From Hominicoprocola fusiformis (GTDB lineage: Bacteria > Bacillota > Clostridia > Oscillospirales > Oscillospiraceae), in NCBI GenBank assembly GCA_040095065.1, contig JBBNGO010000006.1:48345-80344 (forward strand): 32,000 bases of DNA, written 5' to 3'. A program made the position numbers and the translations under genes. The notes under the pieces were generated by a model. The model did not search any database. It was not told the origin of the DNA and worked only from the letters and a program-made list of their open reading frames with translations. How positions within the stretch are numbered: the stretch's first letter is position 1; each line of letters opens with the position of its first letter. Below are positions 9,403 through 17,264 of this stretch, piece by piece.

Positions 9403-11994
9403 TTACGAGAGCTTCTGCTTGAGCTCGTAGAGGAGCTGCATCGCCTCGATGGGGGACATCGTGTCCGGCTGGGCGCGGCGGATGGCCGCAAGCACCTCAG
9501 CCTCGCCGATCGCGTCGAGACTGACCTGCTCGGTCTCCTCGCGCGGCTTTGCCTGATACGCGCCGCCCTGCTCAAGCTCTTTTAGGATGACGTTCGCGCG
9601 CCTCACGACCTCGTTCGGCAGGCCCGCTAACTTTGCGACCTCGATGCCGTAGCTGCGGTCGGCGCCGCCGGGGACGATCTTGCGCAGGAAGATGAGTTCG
9701 TCGCCGCGCTTTTTAATGGAAATGCTGTAATTCTTCACGCCGGGAAGAATGCCCTCAAGCTCCGTGAGCTCGTGATAGTGCGTGGCGAACAGCGTCTTGG
9801 CACCGAGCTTTTTCGGGTCGGCGCAGAATTCGAGCACCGCGCGCGCGATGCTCATGCCGTCGAACGTCGACGTGCCGCGGCCGATCTCGTCTAAAATCAG
9901 CAGCGACCTCGGCGTCGCCTGATGCAAAATCTCGCTCACCTCGGTCATCTCGACCATGAAGGTCGACTGGCCGCCGGCGAGGTCGTCGCTCGCGCCGATA
10001 CGCGTGAAGATGCGGTCGACCACGCCGATGCGCGCGCTCTTGGCGGGCACGAACGAGCCGATCTGCGCCATGAGCGTGATGAGCGCGACCTGACGCATGT
10101 AGGTCGACTTACCGGCCATGTTGGGGCCGGTGATGATGGCGGCGCGGTCCTCGCGCTCGCCCATATAGGTGTCGTTCGGGACGAAGAGCGCGTCCTTGAG
10201 CACGCGCTCGACGACGGGGTGGCGGCCGTCGTGAATTTCGATGACGCCGCTGTCGTCCACGCTCGGACGGCAATAGTTGTTGTTCACCGCGACGGACGCG
10301 AGCGAGCAGAGCGTGTCGAGCTCGGCAATGAGCCCCGCCGCGCGCTGGATGCGCACACTCTCGGCGGTGACGGATTCGCGCAGGGCGGTGAAAATTTCAA
10401 ATTCGAGCGCCTTGTCGCGATCTCCCGCGGTCAAAATCTCCTGCTCAAGGTTTTTAAGTTCCTCGGTGATGTAGCGCTCGCCGTTCACGAGCGTCTGCTT
10501 GCGGATGTACGTGTCGGGGACGAGGTCCTTGAACGAATTCGAGACCTCGATATAGTAGCCGAAGACCTTGTTGTAGCCGATCTTCAGCGTGCGGATGCCG
10601 GTCTTTTCCTTCTCGCGCGTCTCGATGTCGGCGAGAAGCCCCTTGCCGCCCGACAAAATCTCGTGCAGGCGGTCGACTTCGGCATTGAAGCCCTTGCGGA
10701 TGAAGCCGCCCTCACGCACGGAAAACGGCGGCTCATCGACGAGCGTGTCGCGGATGCTCTGCGCCACGTCGGTGAGCGTGTCGAGCTCACCGTCGAGCTC
10801 GTGCAGCCGCCCGCTCTGGAACGCCGCGAGCTGGGCTTTGACCTCCGTGATGCGCTCGATGGAGTTGCGAAGCGACGCAAAGTCGCGCCCGCCCGCCGTG
10901 CCGTAGGCGATGCGGCCGATCAGTCGCTCCATGTCGCTGATACCGGAAAGCGCCAGAATGAGCTCCTCGCGCGCGACGGTGTTCTTCGTCAGCGCCTCGA
11001 CTGCGCCGAGGCGGCGCTCGATGGCGGCGACGTCGCGCAGGGGACGCGTCAGCCATGCGCGCAGATTGCGCGCGCCCATGGCGGTCTTCGTCTTGTCGAG
11101 CACCCAGAGGAGGCTGCCGCGCTTTTCCTTGGCGCGGATGGTTTCGGTCAGCTCGAGGTTGCGGCGCGCGGAGAGGTCAAGCTCCATGAAGCGCCCCTGC
11201 TCGTAGTATTCTAAATCCTTGATGTAGGAAAGATCGGTTTTCTGCGTCTCGTGCAGGTACGAGAGCAGCGCGCCCAGCGCCAGCGCCGCCGCGGGGTTGT
11301 TGCGCGGAAGGCTTGCAAAGCGCTCCTCGCCAAACTGCGCACGGATAGCTTTTTCGCACGCTTTGAGCTCAAAGCGGTTCTCGCCGCGCTCGACCGCGCA
11401 GGACAGCTTATCGCGAAGGTATTCGACCAGCTCACCGTTGTCGTAAGCACCCACGCTCAGCACCGCCTCGGCGGGGGAGAAACGGGATAACTCGTTATAC
11501 AGGTGCTCTGCGCGGTCGTCGCCCGAAAAGGCGGTCACGTGCGTGTGGCCGGTCGTCATGTCGCAGAAGGCCGCGCCGGCGTTCTGCCCATCCAAAAAGA
11601 TGCCACAGAGGAAGTTGCCGCGCCGGTCGTCGAGGCATGCGCTGTCGATGACCGTGCCGGGCGTGATGACGCGGATGATATCGCGCTTGACAAGGCCCTT
11701 GGCGAGCGCAGGGTCCTCGGTCTGCTCGCAGATGGCGACCTTGTAGCCCTTGGCGATCAGGCGCGCGATGTAGGCGTCGCTCGAATGATAGGGAATGCCG
11801 CACATCGGCGTCTGATCCTCCGCCGCCTTGCCGCGGTCGCGGGTCGTCAGCGTCAAATCGAGCTCGCGCGAGGCGAGCTGAGCATCCTCGTTGAACATCT
11901 CGTAGAAGTCGCCCAAGCGGAAAAAGAGGATCGAATCCTTATTCTGTTCCTTGATCTCCAAATACTGCTTCATCATCGGCGTGATCTCGGCCAT
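9403..11994 (-). CDS. mutS: DNA mismatch repair protein MutS
   Basis: 863 aa. N-terminal TPMMKQY..K....ILFFRLGDFYEMF mismatch-binding motif, Walker A GPNMAGKST and DEIGRGTST. Confidence 0.95.
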   Translation of the reverse strand: MAEITPMMKQYLEIKEQNKDSILFFRLGDFYEMFNEDAQLASRELDLTLTTRDRGKAAEDQTPMCGIPYHSSDAYIARLIAKGYKVAICEQTEDPALAKGLVKRDIIRVITPGTVIDSACLDDRRGNFLCGIFLDGQNAGAAFCDMTTGHTHVTAFSGDDRAEHLYNELSRFSPAEAVLSVGAYDNGELVEYLRDKLSCAVERGENRFELKACEKAIRAQFGEERFASLPRNNPAAALALGALLSYLHETQKTDLSYIKDLEYYEQGRFMELDLSARRNLELTETIRAKEKRGSLLWVLDKTKTAMGARNLRAWLTRPLRDVAAIERRLGAVEALTKNTVAREELILALSGISDMERLIGRIAYGTAGGRDFASLRNSIERITEVKAQLAAFQSGRLHELDGELDTLTDVAQSIRDTLVDEPPFSVREGGFIRKGFNAEVDRLHEILSGGKGLLADIETREKEKTGIRTLKIGYNKVFGYYIEVSNSFKDLVPDTYIRKQTLVNGERYITEELKNLEQEILTAGDRDKALEFEIFTALRESVTAESVRIQRAAGLIAELDTLCSLASVAVNNNYCRPSVDDSGVIEIHDGRHPVVERVLKDALFVPNDTYMGEREDRAAIITGPNMAGKSTYMRQVALITLMAQIGSFVPAKSARIGVVDRIFTRIGASDDLAGGQSTFMVEMTEVSEILHQATPRSLLILDEIGRGTSTFDGMSIARAVLEFCADPKKLGAKTLFATHYHELTELEGILPGVKNYSISIKKRGDELIFLRKIVPGGADRSYGIEVAKLAGLPNEVVRRANVILKELEQGGAYQAKPREETEQVSLDAIGEAEVLAAIRRAQPDTMSPIEAMQLLYELKQKLS

Positions 11995-12032
11995 GATTCG
12001 TCCTCGCTTTCTTTCTCTCTAAAATCTAAAAT

Positions 12033-12860
12033 TTACACGGTAAAGTCGGAGCCCGCGGGCATTTCGCCGAGGCGGTCGCCGAGCTTACGTTTCAATCTTT
12101 CATAGGCTTCCTTGCCCGTGCAGTGGCCCGTGAAGTAGTGCGCGACCTTGTCGCCGCGCAGCTTTTCGCCCACGGCGTCGACCAGCTCGTCCGGCTCGCT
12201 CTTGCCGAGTGAGGGGTTATAGAGGTGGAAGCCCGCAAACACCGCGTCGGGCGCTCTGCCGAGCACGTCCTCGGCGCTTTTCAGGATATTCACGATGCCG
12301 CAGTGCGCGCAGCCCGCGAACAGCGCGGTCTTGCCGTTTTCCGTGACCAATAGATCCTGCTCGTGGCGGAACGTGTCGCGCGGATAGTCGTCGCCGATCT
12401 TCTCGCGCAGCGTGTCGTTCGCGCCGCTCCACAGCTCGCGGTCCGGAACGGCGGAGAAAACCGTCAGTTCTTCGTCAAGCTTCTGCACGCCATCGCAGAG
12501 AACGAAGCGGTCCTCGTAATTCTTGAGCACCGCGTCCATGCCGATGTAGGCGCACTTGCTGGGCGTGACGACGTAGTACTGGCCCCAGACGGTCTTCTGC
12601 ATATAGACCTTCGCGTGGTCGTTCAGCTTCAAGAACGCTTCGAGGCCGCCGCAGTGGTCGTTGTGCGCGTGGGACAAAAAGGCGATGTCGACCTGCGTCA
12701 AATCGACGCCGAGCGCCTTGGCATTGTCGATAAACTGCGCGTCGGGGCCCATGTCGAAAAGAATTTTGTGCTTGTCGGTCTCAATATACATCGACAGGCC
12801 GTGCGCGCAGGCGACGGTGTCTCTGCACGTGCTGTTTTCCATCAAAATGACGACTTTCAT
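12033..12860 (-). CDS. MBL-fold metallo-hydrolase
   Basis: HAHNDHCGG (HxHxDH) motif. The ORF-track start at 12863 is a TTG. The adjacent ATG at 12858-12860 has an AAAGGGGG RBS 7 nt upstream. Confidence 0.75.
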   Translation of the reverse strand: MKVVILMENSTCRDTVACAHGLSMYIETDKHKILFDMGPDAQFIDNAKALGVDLTQVDIAFLSHAHNDHCGGLEAFLKLNDHAKVYMQKTVWGQYYVVTPSKCAYIGMDAVLKNYEDRFVLCDGVQKLDEELTVFSAVPDRELWSGANDTLREKIGDDYPRDTFRHEQDLLVTENGKTALFAGCAHCGIVNILKSAEDVLGRAPDAVFAGFHLYNPSLGKSEPDELVDAVGEKLRGDKVAHYFTGHCTGKEAYERLKRKLGDRLGEMPAGSDFTV

Positions 12861-12878
12861 CAAAAAGCCCCCTTTTCT

Positions 12879-14297
12879 TTATTCCTCTACCGCTTCGCCG
12901 TAGAGCGCCCAGGTGTTGCTGTCGGTGATCTTCGCTTTGGCAAATGTGCCGATCAGGGCCTTGTCGCCCTTCATGCGCACGAGGCGGTTGCCCTCCGTGC
13001 GCGCGGCGAGGGGGAAGGTCTCGTCGTCGCTCTCGCCGTCGACCAGCACCTTGACCGTCCTGCCGATGTAGGCTGCGTGCTTTTTCGCGCTGATGGCGTT
13101 CTGCGCATCGACCAGCTTTTCAAACCAGACCTGCTTTTCCTCGCGCGAGACGGGGTCGTCCATCTTCGCCGCCGGCGTGCCGGGACGCGGGGAGAAAATA
13201 AAGGTGAAGAGCGCGTCGAACTGCGTCTTTTCTACAAGATCGACAGTCTGCATCGCTTCGTCCTCGGTCTCTCCCGGGAAGCCGATGATGACGTCGCTCG
13301 TGAGCACCATGCCTGGCATGACGCTTCGCGCGTAGGCGATCATTTCCTCGTACTTTGCGCGCGTATAGGGGCGGTTCATCGCTTTCAGAACGCGGTCGCA
13401 CCCGGACTGGACGGGGAGGTGGAGCTGCTTTGCAACGTGCTCGCAGCGTGCCATCGTGTCGAAAAGTTTGTTGGTCGCGTCCTTCGGCTGGCTCGACATA
13501 AAGCGGAGCCAATAGTCGCCAGGAATGGCGTTGATGGCGGCGAGAAGATCGGCAAAGTCGTACTCGGTGTCCAAATCTTTTCCGTAGCTGTTCACGTTCT
13601 GGCCGAGGAGGGTGATCTCCTTGTAGCCCTCGGCGATGAGGCCGCGGCATTCTTCGATGATCTTCTCCGGCTCGCGGCTGCGCTCGCGGCCGCGGACGTA
13701 GGGCACGATGCAGTACGAGCAGAAGTTATTGCACCCGTACATGATGCTCACCCACGCGCGCACGCCGCCCTCGCGCACGATGGGAAGGTCCTCGGCGATA
13801 CGGCCATGCTCGTTCTCGATGGAGAAAACGCGCTTATTCTTCGTGTATACCTCGTGCAGCAGCTCGGGGAGCCGCCATTCGGCCTGGGGGCCGAGCACAA
13901 GGTCGACGTGGTGGTAGGAGTTTTTTACCTTGTCGGCCACGACCTTCTGCTGCGCCATGCAGCCACAGAGGCAGATGATCTGGTCGGGCTTAGCGGCCTT
14001 CGTGTGGCTGAGGCGGCCCAAGTGGCCGTAAACGCGCTTTTCCGCGTGCTCGCGGATGGCGCAGGTGTTGAGCAGGATGACGTCGGCCTGCTGCTCATCG
14101 CGCGTGAGCTCGTAGCCCATCTCGCGCAGCATGCCCATGAGCACCTCGCCGTCTGCCACGTTCTGCTGGCAGCCGAACGTGTCGACCAGCGCGAGCGGCG
14201 TGCGGGTGCGGCGGTCGTTCATCTCGCGCATCTTGCGCGTAAATTCCTTCTGACGCGCGAGCTCCTGCTCGCTGACGATGACTTCTTTGCGTTCCAA
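12879..14297 (-). CDS. miaB: tRNA-i6A37 methylthiotransferase MiaB (radical SAM)
   Basis: TFGCQQN (UPF0004 domain), radical-SAM CNNFCSYCIVPYVRG and a C-terminal TRAM domain. The preferred start is TTG at 14295-14297, preceded by GGGAGGAAA (472 aa). Alternative: ATG at 14345. The ORF-track start at 14513 was rejected. Confidence 0.85.
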   Translation of the reverse strand: MERKEVIVSEQELARQKEFTRKMREMNDRRTRTPLALVDTFGCQQNVADGEVLMGMLREMGYELTRDEQQADVILLNTCAIREHAEKRVYGHLGRLSHTKAAKPDQIICLCGCMAQQKVVADKVKNSYHHVDLVLGPQAEWRLPELLHEVYTKNKRVFSIENEHGRIAEDLPIVREGGVRAWVSIMYGCNNFCSYCIVPYVRGRERSREPEKIIEECRGLIAEGYKEITLLGQNVNSYGKDLDTEYDFADLLAAINAIPGDYWLRFMSSQPKDATNKLFDTMARCEHVAKQLHLPVQSGCDRVLKAMNRPYTRAKYEEMIAYARSVMPGMVLTSDVIIGFPGETEDEAMQTVDLVEKTQFDALFTFIFSPRPGTPAAKMDDPVSREEKQVWFEKLVDAQNAISAKKHAAYIGRTVKVLVDGESDDETFPLAARTEGNRLVRMKGDKALIGTFAKAKITDSNTWALYGEAVEE

Positions 14298-14477
14298 GGG
14301 ATGTTTCCTCCCGAATCTCGATAGTTTAGCAATATAGTATATCATGTTCGCGAGAGCGTGGCAAGGCCGCGGCGCGGCTTTCCGGCGCGAAAAATCCACA
14401 GCTTTCACAATTCCGGTGACTTTTCCGCACCCATATGGTATGCTATGGAAAACCTGAACTCCAAAGGAGGGCTTTCC

Positions 14478-15995
14478 ATGGCGGCGTTTTATCAAAAATT
14501 TCTGCGCAAGCATCTTGACTTATCGTCTCTCAGCGTGATGCGGCGGGAGGACAACGATCCCTATTTCTGCACGCCCAAGGGCGCTTCTATCTTCGGCTGG
14601 GCGGGCGTGGACGGCATCCACTTCTGCTTTGTCCGCGGTTTTGGCGAAACGGTCTTCGCCGTGAGCCCGATGAACGGCGGCAAGGACTGCGTGCACGTCA
14701 TCGCGCGCGATTTCTCCGATTTTCTGCGCCTGCTGCTCGCGACCGGCGACAGTGCGGCGCTCGAGCAGGCGTGGCAGTGGGACGAGGCGCAATTCGACGC
14801 CTTCCTTGCCGAGAATCCGCCGACGGGCGAGCAGAAAGCGGTGCTCTCGCAGATTTCCACAGTCTTTTCTCTCACGCCGATGGAGCGGCCGTGGCAATAC
14901 CTGCGCGAGCTGCAAGCGGAGTTCGATCTCAGCAAGCTCAAATTCACCGAGGACTTCTACGACCCCGAAATGAATCCCGACGCGCCCGAACAGAAAGAGG
15001 ACTGGAAGGTCTACTTTGACGGCAGCTTTTGGGGCCACCACGGGCACAAGCGCGCGGGCAGGGAGATGAGCATACAAAAGTGGTTTTCGTGGGCGGGGCG
15101 CGACTGGTTCGTGCCGTCGGTCTACGTTTGTTCAAAGGGCATTGTCGTTGATTTTTGTATGCGCGCGGAGGCTTCCGCGCTGCACGGCTTTATGAAAAAG
15201 TGGGGGATCGATCCCGAAAGCGATGAATCCATCAACTTCTCGCGCGACGAACGCGAACAGATGGAGCGCGAGCACCCGCTCAGCCTCGGTTTTACCCCCA
15301 GCCTCACCTTGAACGGTGCTAAGCTCCGCACGAGCCACGGCTGCGGCGTCATTTTCCTGCCGGAGCAGCCCGGCTTCTGCGCCGACGCAGAGCCCGCCAT
15401 GGCGCACTACGGCCTCGACCGCGCGTATGGCTGGAACATCCGCCGCGCGGCGTTCCCATTCGTCACGAAGCGCGCGTCGAAGCTCAAATCACTCGCCGTC
15501 ACGATGACGGCGGACGAGGTGCGCGTCCCCGGGACGCGCTTTCGCGCGGACAGGGCGGGCGACACGTTCGCCTTCTCCTACCGTGGCACGAAGTATCTTC
15601 TCACGGTGCAGGAGGTCGAGCCGCAGGAACTGCCGCGCGAGCGCATGAGCCTTGACCCGCGGTTCGACTATCCGACGCATTTTACGGCCATCAGTTACAC
15701 GCTCATGCCCGAGCCGCCGGAAAACTCGATTTTCGTCGAGGACTGCGCCGAGAGCGACCGCCCGCGCGAGAAAAAACGTGAGACCGCTTCCTTTGCGCCC
15801 GAGGCGCAGAACGACTTCTGCTTCGGCATCATCGGCGGCGCGGACGGGCCAACGGCTATCGTTGTGGGCGAAGCGGCGCAGGGGGAGCTTCACACCGCGT
15901 GCTCGTCACTGCACTTTGCGGCGGTCGACCACGTCGACTGGCGCGTCGGCTTCCGCGAAACACCGTGGGAAGCGGGGACGTTCGACCTCCTCTAA
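14478..15995 (+). CDS. Hypothetical cytoplasmic protein, 505 aa, no recognised motif
   Basis: ATG at 14478 with an AAAGGAGGG RBS 7 nt upstream. The long open frame has host-like composition. No TM segment, signal peptide or catalytic motif that I can name. Confidence 0.6.
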   Translation: MAAFYQKFLRKHLDLSSLSVMRREDNDPYFCTPKGASIFGWAGVDGIHFCFVRGFGETVFAVSPMNGGKDCVHVIARDFSDFLRLLLATGDSAALEQAWQWDEAQFDAFLAENPPTGEQKAVLSQISTVFSLTPMERPWQYLRELQAEFDLSKLKFTEDFYDPEMNPDAPEQKEDWKVYFDGSFWGHHGHKRAGREMSIQKWFSWAGRDWFVPSVYVCSKGIVVDFCMRAEASALHGFMKKWGIDPESDESINFSRDEREQMEREHPLSLGFTPSLTLNGAKLRTSHGCGVIFLPEQPGFCADAEPAMAHYGLDRAYGWNIRRAAFPFVTKRASKLKSLAVTMTADEVRVPGTRFRADRAGDTFAFSYRGTKYLLTVQEVEPQELPRERMSLDPRFDYPTHFTAISYTLMPEPPENSIFVEDCAESDRPREKKRETASFAPEAQNDFCFGIIGGADGPTAIVVGEAAQGELHTACSSLHFAAVDHVDWRVGFRETPWEAGTFDLL

Positions 15996-15996
15996 C

Positions 15997-16764
15997 TCAC
16001 TTTTTCTGTGATTTCCGGTACTCCGTCGGCAGGACGCCGAAGGCCTTGTGGAATTCGGTGGAAAACTTGCTCTGGCTCTCGTAGCCGACGGCGCGCGCGA
16101 CCTGCGCGACGTTCTCGTCGCCCTCGAGCAGCAGCTTTGCCGCGTGCTGCATGCGGTGCTCGCGGATGTGCGAGGCGAGCGAGCTGCCGTAGACGGACTT
16201 GAAGAGCGCCTTCATCGTCGAGGGGTTCATCAAAAACATGCGCGACAGCTCGTCGATCGTCACGCGGCTTGAAAGGTGTTGCGTCAGATAGTCGTGCACG
16301 GCGCGGATGGTCTCGATCTGCTCACTCGTGCCGCCGCCCTCGTACACCTCGGCGTCGAGCGGGGGCAGGTGCGGCGCGGCGGCAGCGGCCTTGCTCTCCT
16401 CCTCGGGACACGAAATTTCCATCGTGCGCTCGATCATGCGGTGCAATAGCTGCGCCTGCTCGCTGTCCGACGCGCGGTAGTAGACCTCCTTCCCCACGCG
16501 GCGCGAGACGAGAAGTCCGCTCTCACGCAGCTGCCTCAAATGGTGCGACACCGCGGGTGAGCTCATGCCGACCATCGCGGAGAGGTCGATGACGCACTCC
16601 TCGCAGTGGCACAGCAGCCAGAAAATGCGCACGCGGCTGCTGTCGGAGAGCTGCTTGAACACGTCCGCCACGGTCTGGAAGCTGCCGATCGTCTCCACCG
16701 ATTCCTGCAGCTCCCGCATCGTGCCCTCGTCGCTGTGCTGGTGGGGTAAATGCACTTCGCTCAT
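15997..16764 (-). CDS. Fusion transcriptional regulator: N-terminal ArsR/SmtB metal-sensor wHTH + C-terminal AraC/XylS HTH
   Basis: The ATG at 16762-16764 gives 255 aa. Residues ~25-115 are ArsR-like (LSDSSRVRIFWLLCHCEECVIDL..SSPAVSHHLRQLRESGLL..R.GKEVYY). Residues ~150-255 are AraC-like (IDELSRMF.MNPS..KALFK...G.S....IREHRM..AAKLL..GDENVAQVARAVGYESQSKFSTEFHKAFGVLPTEYRK). The ORF-track N-terminal 155 aa was rejected because it crosses the divergent promoter. Confidence 0.8.
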   Translation of the reverse strand: MSEVHLPHQHSDEGTMRELQESVETIGSFQTVADVFKQLSDSSRVRIFWLLCHCEECVIDLSAMVGMSSPAVSHHLRQLRESGLLVSRRVGKEVYYRASDSEQAQLLHRMIERTMEISCPEEESKAAAAAPHLPPLDAEVYEGGGTSEQIETIRAVHDYLTQHLSSRVTIDELSRMFLMNPSTMKALFKSVYGSSLASHIREHRMQHAAKLLLEGDENVAQVARAVGYESQSKFSTEFHKAFGVLPTEYRKSQKK

Positions 16765-16858
16765 CGTTGTTCCGCCTTTCTTTTTGGGGCCTGCGGGCGC
16801 GTCCGTATCCCGTTTGGAAGTTTGTTTCGCCCGAACGGAAGAGACATGCGTGCAGCCC

Positions 16859-16918
16859 TTGACTTTTGCCTTTGCGGACATTATAGTACAGTCATCAAGA
16901 TTAAACAAGCACTTAATC
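16859..16918 (+). promoter_or_regulatory. Sigma-A-type promoter of the metal operon plus a candidate operator palindrome
   Basis: TTGACT (16859-16864), 17 nt spacer, TATAGT (16882-16887). Downstream inverted repeat GATTAA-N8-TTAATC at 16899-16918. Confidence 0.55.
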
Positions 16919-16953
16919 GTTAAATATTTTGTGCCGAAAAGGAGAAACATACC

Positions 16954-17172
16954 ATGAAAAAGACCTATCAGATCGAAGTCGACTGCGCCAACTGCGCCAA
17001 CCTCATGGAAGAAGCCACCAAGAAGACCGAGGGCGTTGCCGACGCCGTCGTGAACTTCATGACCCAGAAGATGACCGTCGAGTTCGCCGAGGGTCAGGAC
17101 TCCAAGGCCGTGATGAAGGCCGTCCTCAAGAACTGCAAGAAGGTCGAGGACGACTGCGAGATCTATCTGTAA
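16954..17172 (+). CDS. Stand-alone heavy-metal-associated (HMA) domain protein / metallochaperone
   Basis: 72 aa with the ferredoxin-like HMA pattern and CxxC motif (VDCANCANLME). GGAGAAAC RBS. It sits directly upstream of the P1B ATPase. Confidence 0.8.
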   Translation: MKKTYQIEVDCANCANLMEEATKKTEGVADAVVNFMTQKMTVEFAEGQDSKAVMKAVLKNCKKVEDDCEIYL

Positions 17173-17191
17173 GAGATCTTCTCCCTCCCTT

Positions 17192-17223
17192 CGCCCCGGA
17201 CGAACGCACCGGGGCGCTTTCTT
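17192..17223 (+). terminator. GC hairpin + T-rich tail between the HMA gene and the ATPase (possible partial terminator/attenuator)
   Basis: CGCCCCGG / CCGGGGCG 8-bp stem with a 9-nt loop, followed by CTTTCTT. Confidence 0.35.
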
Positions 17224-17264
17224 AGGCAAAATTCAAATTCTCCCCCTTCAAGGAGGTCATCTTT

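Noticed and set aside
12363-14324. 653-aa plus-strand ORF
   Set aside because: It is antisense to miaB and the MBL hydrolase. It has no motifs and shadow-frame composition.
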